Made by a program: the position numbers and the translations under genes. 32,000 bases of DNA from Erysipelotrichaceae bacterium (lineage in GTDB: Bacteria > Bacillota_I > Bacilli_A > Erysipelotrichales > Erysipelotrichaceae), in NCBI GenBank assembly GCA_963676105.1, contig OY781039.1, positions 960,001-992,000 of the forward strand. The letters are read 5' to 3'. The notes beneath the pieces are model-generated. The model made no database searches. It saw nothing but the letters and a program-made list of their open reading frames with translations, and had not been told where the DNA came from. How positions within the stretch are numbered: the stretch's first letter is position 1; each line of letters begins with the position of its first letter. Shown here one piece after another: positions 26,405 to 32,000 of the stretch.

Positions 26405-26478
26405 ACATATATCCCTATTATCAACACAAAATTCGCAATATTATTAGGTCATATTAATTAATTTAATTTAACAACCTT

Positions 26479-26509
26479 ATAATCTACATAATCGTAAGGT
26501 TGCTAATTA
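26479..26509 (+). repeat. Direct repeat DR2a (31 bp, hairpin-forming) upstream of the ATPase gene
   Basis: ATAATCTACATAATCGTAAGGTTGCTAATTA is identical to 28050-28080. With its flank it forms CAACCTTA-15 nt-TAAGGTTG. It contains TTGCTA as a possible -35 for the ATPase gene. Confidence 0.85.
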
Positions 26510-26547
26510 TTATAGTAAGTGTTAAATTAATGATAGAGGTATTTACT

Positions 26548-27918
26548 ATGTTTATTGGAAGAGAAAAAGAACTAGTAGTATTAGAGAATCAATACATAAG
26601 TAATCATTTTGAATTCACTGTTTTATATGGCAGAAGACGAATTGGTAAAACTGAATTATTAAAGCAATTTATCAAAGATAAAGAAGCTATTTATTACATG
26701 GCTATTGAAGCAACACATCAAACAAATCTTGAAATGTTGTCAAAAGCAGTACTTATGAATAATTCACAATCTTTTGCGTCCTTTAAAGATTATGAGCAAA
26801 TATTTAAATATTTAACTAAACACTCTTTAGATAAACGTTTAACGTTCATCATCGATGAATTCCCATACTTAGCACAATCCACACCTGAAATTGCGTCACT
26901 TATCCAACGTTTTTGTGATCATGATTGGAAAGAAACGAAATTGCATTTAATATTATGTGGGTCATCTATGAGTTTTATGGAGGAACAAGTTCTTGGTATC
27001 AAAAGTCCACTTTATGGTAGACGTACTGCTCAGATAAAACTGAAACCTTTTAATTACTTTGAAAGCGAAAAATTTTTAAAACCCATGAAAAAAGAAGATA
27101 TTGCCATATTGCATAGTGTAACTGGTGGTATTGCAGAGTATCTAAGCTACATTGATACAAAAAGAGATCTAGAACATAATATTATCGAATTATTTTTAAA
27201 GGATTCAGGTCGCTTATATGAAGAACCAATTAACTTTTTAAAACAAGAACTTAGAGAACCTAAAGTTTATAACAGTCTTTTAAACGCAATTGCGAATGGC
27301 GCAAGTAAGAATAATACGATTGCGACAAAAGTGAGCATGCAAACAGGTTCTATAAGTAAATATATAAATAACTTATTGGAACTAGGTATCATAAAAAAAG
27401 AAACACCCATACTCAACACTAGTACACGCAAAACAATTTATAGAATTGCTGATGGAACCTATCGTTTTTGGTATATTTTCGTATTACCTAATTTAAGTGC
27501 TATCGAACTTGGTTTGGGAAAGAAAGTTTATACAGATATTATTTATCCAAAACTAAATGAGTTTATGGGCGAAGCATTTGAACAAATATTTTTAGATTAT
27601 TTTGATCAATTAAATAGTTATTCAAAACTACCAGAACTCATTACGTCCAGAGGTCGATGGTGGGGCAACAATCCTAAAGAAAAAAGAGAAGAAGAAATCG
27701 ATTGTATAGGTTTAGGTTTATCCACAACAATTTTTTGCGAAGTCAAATGGACGCATAAACCTATCGACTTGAAAGTGCTTGAAAACTTAATAAGAAAAAG
27801 TGAATTACTCAATAGATTTAATCCACATTACATTCTTTTCAGCAAAAATGGGTTTACAGAAAGTCTTATTACACAAACAAAAAAACATAAGAATATAAGC
27901 TTAATATCTTTTCTCTAA
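26548..27918 (+). CDS. ATP-binding protein: Arch_ATPase (PF01637-type) AAA domain, wHTH and C-terminal DUF234 nuclease-like domain
   Basis: The start is the ATG at 26548 (RBS AGAGGT); the track start at 26500 is a TTG. The N-terminus FIGREKEL is followed by Walker A GRRRIGKT and Walker B FIIDEFPYL. A wHTH-like segment (IATKVSMQTGSISKYINNLLELGIIKKE) precedes the C-terminal RGRWWG...EIDCIGL...CEVKW. Confidence 0.8.
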   Translation: MFIGREKELVVLENQYISNHFEFTVLYGRRRIGKTELLKQFIKDKEAIYYMAIEATHQTNLEMLSKAVLMNNSQSFASFKDYEQIFKYLTKHSLDKRLTFIIDEFPYLAQSTPEIASLIQRFCDHDWKETKLHLILCGSSMSFMEEQVLGIKSPLYGRRTAQIKLKPFNYFESEKFLKPMKKEDIAILHSVTGGIAEYLSYIDTKRDLEHNIIELFLKDSGRLYEEPINFLKQELREPKVYNSLLNAIANGASKNNTIATKVSMQTGSISKYINNLLELGIIKKETPILNTSTRKTIYRIADGTYRFWYIFVLPNLSAIELGLGKKVYTDIIYPKLNEFMGEAFEQIFLDYFDQLNSYSKLPELITSRGRWWGNNPKEKREEEIDCIGLGLSTTIFCEVKWTHKPIDLKVLENLIRKSELLNRFNPHYILFSKNGFTESLITQTKKHKNISLISFL

Positions 27919-27927
27919 ATCAAAAGT

Positions 27928-27983
27928 ATTGATAATGTAACTAATGTAAAACTGATATCCATTCAATAGATATCAGTTTTTTT
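27928..27983 (+). repeat. Direct repeat DR1b: relic copy of the ACT-gene 3' end plus terminator, right boundary of the islet
   Basis: It encodes IDNVTNVKLISIQ-stop, against ...IDNVTNVKLISIE-stop in the intact gene. The hairpin CTGATATC/GATATCAG (27952-27976) plus T7 now lies 34 nt after the ATPase stop and can serve as its terminator. Confidence 0.9.
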
Positions 27984-27989
27984 ACAAAT

Positions 27990-28032
27990 AAAATGAAAAG
28001 TCCCAAAATAAATCAATGACTCTATTGGGACT
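27990..28032 (-). terminator. Candidate terminator of ChW protein gene 1
   Basis: The minus strand reads AGTCCCAA-18 nt loop-TTGGGACT followed by TTTTCATTTT. The large loop lowers confidence. Confidence 0.45.
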
Positions 28033-28049
28033 AATCAATTAGCAATAAC

Positions 28050-28080
28050 ATAATCTACATAATCGTAAGGTTGCTAATTA
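28050..28080 (+). repeat. Direct repeat DR2b, immediately downstream of the ChW gene 1 stop
   Basis: 31/31 identical to 26479-26509. Degenerate similarity extends about 11 nt further upstream. Confidence 0.85.
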
Positions 28081-28085
28081 GTGGC

Positions 28086-29480
28086 TTATGATTCTGGATT
28101 AATCCCAACACATTCCATCTCATCAATTTCTGTATATGTATAGTCAGATGAACCCGCTGTTGTATTAATTGTAAACATATACCATGTACAATTTCCACCA
28201 CTTACCCCATTTAAAACATTCGCAATTGTAGGAGCATCACCATCATAAGAAAGTTGATAATCCAAAGTTGTTGATAGCGATAGTGTTAATGAATGTTCTA
28301 ACTCTGTGCCACGATATAAATTAACTACATCCCCAAAGTTATAACTACCACCTGATAATTCACCATAATAAATATATGTTCCTGTATATGAATCATAAGC
28401 AGTTGTAACAATTGTTTCTGTGAAAGGTCTGTTTGCTTCACTATCACTTTGTTCATCATTTAACAGCTCTACATTATGATACGTCATAAAGTTATAATAA
28501 ACAGTTGTAGCATCATTCCCATCATCCACATTAACTAAGAAGTCCAAATTACCATCGGATGCCCATATAAATTTGGCTGTTAAATCCGTAGAAGTGTTTG
28601 AGACAGTGGTAGCAGGTGCTGGTGCAACATAAACTCTTTGTACAATCTCTATTCTATATGCAGTAAGTGCTTTATTAATGCCTGGTGCACCAGCTGTTTG
28701 TCCATCATAGACGTATCCCCACCACTCACCTTCTACTTGTGGTTGAATTTGTACACTGTATTGTGGTAAATCAACTAATCGTGCTTCTATTGCTTCAATG
28801 ATGGAACCACTTGAACCTAGAACTGATCCATTACTTGCCCAATTAGTCCATCCACTATTTCTAATATAGGCTCTGTATTCAATAGAACCACTATCAGCTG
28901 ATATTAGATTCATGGATACTGTTTCAAGTGAACCAGTTCCTTGTGTTTCACCATTCGCTCTTAAGACTTGTGTTACTCCACCAATACTTGATTGATAGTT
29001 AACACCTATTTCATCGACTTTAACTCTAAAACCAGTAATTGGATAAGCAGAGTTTAATTGACCACTTGTTGATCCATTACTTACCCATATACCCCAACCT
29101 AAGCCTTTACGATAGCTTTGATAATAGACATTCGCGTTTGGAAAGTCTTTAAGCTGTATTTGTAAACCTAAGATATCTTCATTATTATGGTTAGCTCTTT
29201 GCCAAGTACTAAACCACTCTGACCAACCAGATGCAGTATAAACTCGATACTCTACACCTGATGCATAAGGACTATCCACTAGATGAATTTCTAGACTATC
29301 TAAAGGATCTCCTCCTTCAGTTCCGGCTAATGCTCCACCATAGGCAAAGTCAGTCCATACCCCATCATTTTGCCCTTGATAACCAACATTTACATTAAAG
29401 TAGTCTGTAGCCAACACAGGCATTTGCATCATGAAAAAAGCACATGATGCGACTATAATCTTTATTATCTTTTTAAGCAT
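28086..29480 (-). CDS. Secreted ChW-repeat (clostridial hydrophobic W) protein with a unique C-terminal domain
   Basis: The start is the ATG at 29480 (MLKKIIKIIVASCAFFMMQMPVLA signal peptide, RBS AAGGGAGG) rather than the track start at 29504. Repeats include VEYRVYTASGWSEWFS, VYYQSYRKGLGWGIWVSNGSTSG and IEYRAYIRNSGWTNWASNGSVLGSSGSIIEAIEARL. A VYVAPAP hinge is followed by a ~175-aa unassigned C-terminus. Confidence 0.8.
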   Translation of the reverse strand: MLKKIIKIIVASCAFFMMQMPVLATDYFNVNVGYQGQNDGVWTDFAYGGALAGTEGGDPLDSLEIHLVDSPYASGVEYRVYTASGWSEWFSTWQRANHNNEDILGLQIQLKDFPNANVYYQSYRKGLGWGIWVSNGSTSGQLNSAYPITGFRVKVDEIGVNYQSSIGGVTQVLRANGETQGTGSLETVSMNLISADSGSIEYRAYIRNSGWTNWASNGSVLGSSGSIIEAIEARLVDLPQYSVQIQPQVEGEWWGYVYDGQTAGAPGINKALTAYRIEIVQRVYVAPAPATTVSNTSTDLTAKFIWASDGNLDFLVNVDDGNDATTVYYNFMTYHNVELLNDEQSDSEANRPFTETIVTTAYDSYTGTYIYYGELSGGSYNFGDVVNLYRGTELEHSLTLSLSTTLDYQLSYDGDAPTIANVLNGVSGGNCTWYMFTINTTAGSSDYTYTEIDEMECVGINPES

Positions 29481-29713
29481 TTCAAATGCCTCCCTTTTAA
29501 TCACATCATAAGAAGGTGAAATGGAAAATTAAATAGAACGAAAGTGCTAATTTAGAGATTAAATAGTTCTATATAAGCTTAAAAGTATAGTACATGTAAA
29601 ACACTAGAAATTATGAGTACTGATTTAACAAATAATTAGCAAAATCACAATATACAAGAACATGTTCTTTCTAACTGAATGTTATCTTGTATATATAGCA
29701 ACAAGGAATCTAA

Positions 29714-29797
29714 ACATTTTTATGAAGAGAAAAAGAACTAGAATTATTAAACCAACAATATTATTTAGATCAATTTTAACTTACATTAATCTATGAA
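29714..29797 (+). pseudogene. Decayed 5' remnant of a second Arch_ATPase/DUF234 paralog
   Basis: It aligns codon for codon with the start of the 26548 gene. The remnant reads TFL*REKELELLNQQYYLDQF*LTLIYE, against MFIGREKELVVLENQYISNHFEFTVLYG. An 18-nt block, GAAGAGAAAAAGAACTAG, is identical at 29724-29741 and 26558-26575. The start codon is lost and there are two in-frame stops. Homology is lost before the IS30 end at 29851. Confidence 0.6.
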
Positions 29798-29850
29798 TAT
29801 AACGTGTTGGTCTCCAATTTCCCACTTCTTTCTTATATTTTATATTATTC

Positions 29851-31065
29851 CTAAATTGCAATATCAAGTTGTCCACTTTTTGAAATAAAGAAAACAAGAA
29901 TCATTAAGTTGTTTGTATTTGATTAAAGTGGAAGAGAATTGATTCAGTTGGTGTTTGATAGTTGAGTATCTTACGAAGTAAGTGGTTCATGGAATGAACC
30001 ACATGGTCGATTGTTTATTTAGATATCGTTTTTAATGATTTGCCTTTAGGGATAGATCGTCTTATCAAACTATTATGTCGCTCATTAGTGCCTCGTTCCC
30101 AAGAAGAATAGGAATGAGCGAAGTAGACATCGCTTAAGTCATTTATCATTTCAGTTAATCCTGCAAACTCGGAACCATTATCACTGGTAATCGATTTGAA
30201 GATCTGTGGAAGATGTGGATGACTTTGATTTAGTTGTTTAGCTCCTTCATTAACAGCTTCTTCATATTTGCCTTTAATCTTAAGAATGATTTGATAACGA
30301 GTTAGTCTTTCAGTCATGGTAAGCAAAACCGATTCATCCTTTTTCTTCTTTCCGATGACTGTATCAATCTCCAAATATCCAAAGGTGCTTCGATTATTGA
30401 TCGCTTGAGGTCTTAAATCGATTGATTGACCTACTACTCTACGATGATCTCTAACTTTCTTAGATTTGGTCTTACGTCGAAGTTTTAACCATAGATTTAG
30501 ATTATTCAATTCTTTGATTAAACCTCTATCAATATAGTTGTATAGGGTCTTAGCACAGACTGTTTCAGTTTGATCAAATAAACCTTCTTTTAAAGCTTGC
30601 CCAACAACATTATCAGGTGATCATTTATCAACACTTATCTTTTGAGTAGCGTAACCGATGAAAGCTTGTACTTTGGCCAGCTTTGGCTGTGGTCTACACT
30701 TCCAACGATATTTCTCATAAAGAATTGGCCAGTCTCTGCATAGTAGTTCTCAGAATAATAAGTATAACCATTCACAATCTTCTTTTGTATCGCTAATCTA
30801 CGTTTGATTTCATCATTAATCGTTGAGTGACTCCGCTTGAGATTTATAGCAATTCGTCGTTTTGAATAGCCTAATCGTTTCTGTGTTTGAATTTCAATTC
30901 GTTCAGACAAACTTAAATGTTGTCCTTTAGTTCTAGTCGTTATATCATTGTGTTTCATCATCCATAAGCCCTTTCTCATGTGTTTCACAACTTAATGAAA
31001 CTAGGATTCTTATGAATGGTGCTTTTTTTTTTTTAATGGGTGGACGACTTCATTTTACAATCGAG
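29851..31065 (-). mobile_element. IS30-family insertion sequence (~1.2 kb), inactivated
   Basis: The terminal inverted repeats CTAAATTGCAATATCAAGTTGTCCAC (29851-29876) and the reverse complement of 31040-31065 (CTCGATTGTAAAATGAAGTCGTCCAC) match at 20 of 26 positions. They enclose IS30-type transposase reading frames. No matching target-site duplication was seen at these ends. Confidence 0.75.
29904..30988 (-). pseudogene. IS30-family DDE transposase with two frameshifts and one in-frame TGA
   Basis: The N-terminal HTH is HLSLSERIEIQTQKRLGYSKRRIAINLKRSHSTINDEIKRR. The first frameshift is near 30735-30745 (YYAETGQ / LYEKYRWKCRPQPKL). A TGA at 30621-30623 replaces the conserved Trp of K-W-SPD. 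The DDE core is EIDTV...ITSDNGSEF...WERGTNE. The second frameshift is near 30015, before TIDHVVHSMNHLLRKILNYQTPTESILF. Confidence 0.8.
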
Positions 31066-31157
31066 GGTTTTTAATAATAATTAAACTGATAGTATGAATA
31101 CAATAAAAAGTGAAGCTATTAACGCTCCACTTTGTAATTCTATCTATTCGAAGTTAA

Positions 31158-32000
31158 TTAAGATGCAATCCAAACAAGGTAATTTTGTTCAGGATCAGTA
31201 TCATCAATATCCCAATAACCATCACCATTGTCATTTTCTTCTTCATAAACACCTAGCATTACAATACCATTTAGATGTTCTGGATCACCACTTGGATAGA
31301 CATCTGTGTATCCATCAACTGTTGAATCTTCGTTGTCAAATAAAATCATTGTATGCGTTGGAACAGGGTCTGTTAAATATGAATAGCTATTAAAATCACC
31401 ACCTGTAATAGTAAAGATGTTGTCAACATAAGTACCTAAATAAACTTCATATTGGCTACTATTAACAGCATCGTCACCACTGTTATTAAAAGTATCGATA
31501 ACAGGGATTTGATCGTCAGCTCCACTAAATTCAACAACTGTTAAACCAGTAACTCGATAAGGTGAGACTAATTGAGTATTACTCCAACTTACATTTTCAG
31601 TACCTGAACCAAACGGATCGTCAAAACCATCCCCATCAACATCCAACGTTAATGGTGTTGTGTTTATTGTGCTACCACCACCAACTATAACTGCAGGTTC
31701 TTCAACAACTACAACTGGTGCTGGTGCCACATAGACTTGTCGTACAATTTGTACTCGATAAGCTGTTAAAGCTGTAGTATAGGATCCTGCCATTGCACCA
31801 TCATAAGCCCAGTCCCACCATACACCATCTACTTGTGGTTGAATACCGACATGATAAGAACTTAAACCAACTAATCGGGCTTCTAAACCTGTAATCACAT
31901 CCCCTGAACGCTCTGATCCTACAACAGCCATATTACTTGACCACTCAGACCAGCCACTATTCATAAAGTGTGCTCTATATTCAATTAAATCTTCAGTATC
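31158..32000 (-). CDS. ChW-repeat secreted protein paralog 2, 5' end beyond window edge
   Basis: The frame stays open past the track's Met: my translation of 32000-31965 gives DTEDLIEYRAHF, continuing into MNSGWSEWSSN..., which is a ChW repeat. It shares ...LEARLV.L..Y.V.IQPQV.G.WW...YDG..AG....ALTAYR..IV..VYVAPAP with gene 1, and then has a different Asp/Gly-rich C-terminal domain. Confidence 0.75.
   Translation of the reverse strand, partial: DTEDLIEYRAHFMNSGWSEWSSNMAVVGSERSGDVITGLEARLVGLSSYHVGIQPQVDGVWWDWAYDGAMAGSYTTALTAYRVQIVRQVYVAPAPVVVVEEPAVIVGGGSTINTTPLTLDVDGDGFDDPFGSGTENVSWSNTQLVSPYRVTGLTVVEFSGADDQIPVIDTFNNSGDDAVNSSQYEVYLGTYVDNIFTITGGDFNSYSYLTDPVPTHTMILFDNEDSTVDGYTDVYPSGDPEHLNGIVMLGVYEEENDNGDGYWDIDDTDPEQNYLVWIAS

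Noticed and set aside
25960-27812. Minus-strand ORFs 25960-26166 and 27618-27812
   Set aside because: They lie antisense within the partner and ATPase genes and are considered spurious.
29649-29695. Inverted repeat AATATACAAG...CTTGTATATA, with an internal palindrome AGAACATGTTCT, upstream of ChW gene 1
   Set aside because: It could be an operator, but the arms are short and AT-only, which is plausible by chance in 30% GC DNA. There is no supporting second copy.
30621-30623. The host using genetic code 4 (TGA = Trp)
   Set aside because: Host genes (AbiEi, hom, the AsnC regulator) terminate at TGA. Trp is encoded by TGG throughout. All long ORFs are intact under the standard code. The single TGA at a Trp position is confined to a dead IS.
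31094-31393. 99-aa His/Leu-rich plus-strand ORF
   Set aside because: It mostly lies antisense to the Asp-rich C-terminal domain of ChW gene 2. Its His/Leu-rich composition is an artefact of reading GAT/GAC-rich DNA backwards.
1-32000. Search for CRISPR arrays, tRNA/rRNA genes, riboswitch or T-box leaders, and integrase genes
   Set aside because: I saw no regularly spaced short repeats, no GC-rich cloverleaf-like segments, and no leader long enough upstream of the amino-acid genes. No tyrosine or serine integrase ORF is present in any frame.

Overview
AT-rich (about 30% GC by eye) chromosomal segment from a low-GC Gram-positive-type bacterium using the standard genetic code. An Erysipelotrichia/Clostridia-like origin is only a guess. 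No rRNA, tRNA or CRISPR array was seen.

Layout:
(i) 1-8756, minus strand: a surface-polysaccharide operon. In transcription order it encodes a Wzz-like co-polymerase, a NusG-paralog antiterminator and a CapD/PglF-type 4,6-dehydratase. A 590-bp untranslated gap holding a decayed pilin-like ORF follows. After the gap come a PglC-type phosphoglycosyl transferase, a frameshifted SDR reductase/epimerase, a GT4 glycosyltransferase, a UDP-sugar 6-dehydrogenase and a 4-epimerase that runs off the window.
(ii) 8948-10590: an AsnC/Lrp regulator plus a class-I aminotransferase, an alaR/alaT-like pair.
(iii) 10.6-19.35 kb: an accessory block. It holds an intact AbiEi antitoxin with a frameshifted, short AbiEii toxin, and a 1945-aa WG-repeat/Big_2 surface protein. 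It also holds an AbiD/F (Abi_2, HEPN) gene in a ~1.3-kb islet bracketed by a duplicated 3' end of the aspartokinase gene.
(iv) 19353-24607: core threonine genes, with aspartokinase and hom divergent from thrC-thrB-ACT protein.
(v) 24.6-28.0 kb: an islet bracketed by a 55-bp duplication of the ACT gene's 3' end and terminator. It carries a short HipA-like kinase, an overlapping partner protein with a resolvase-type HTH, and an Arch_ATPase/DUF234 ATPase. This is my best candidate for an undescribed toxin-antitoxin or defence module.
(vi) 28.1-32.0 kb: two paralogous ChW-repeat secreted proteins, separated by the decayed start of a second ATPase paralog and a multiply inactivated IS30-family element.

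All family assignments come from motif recognition by eye. No database search was possible.
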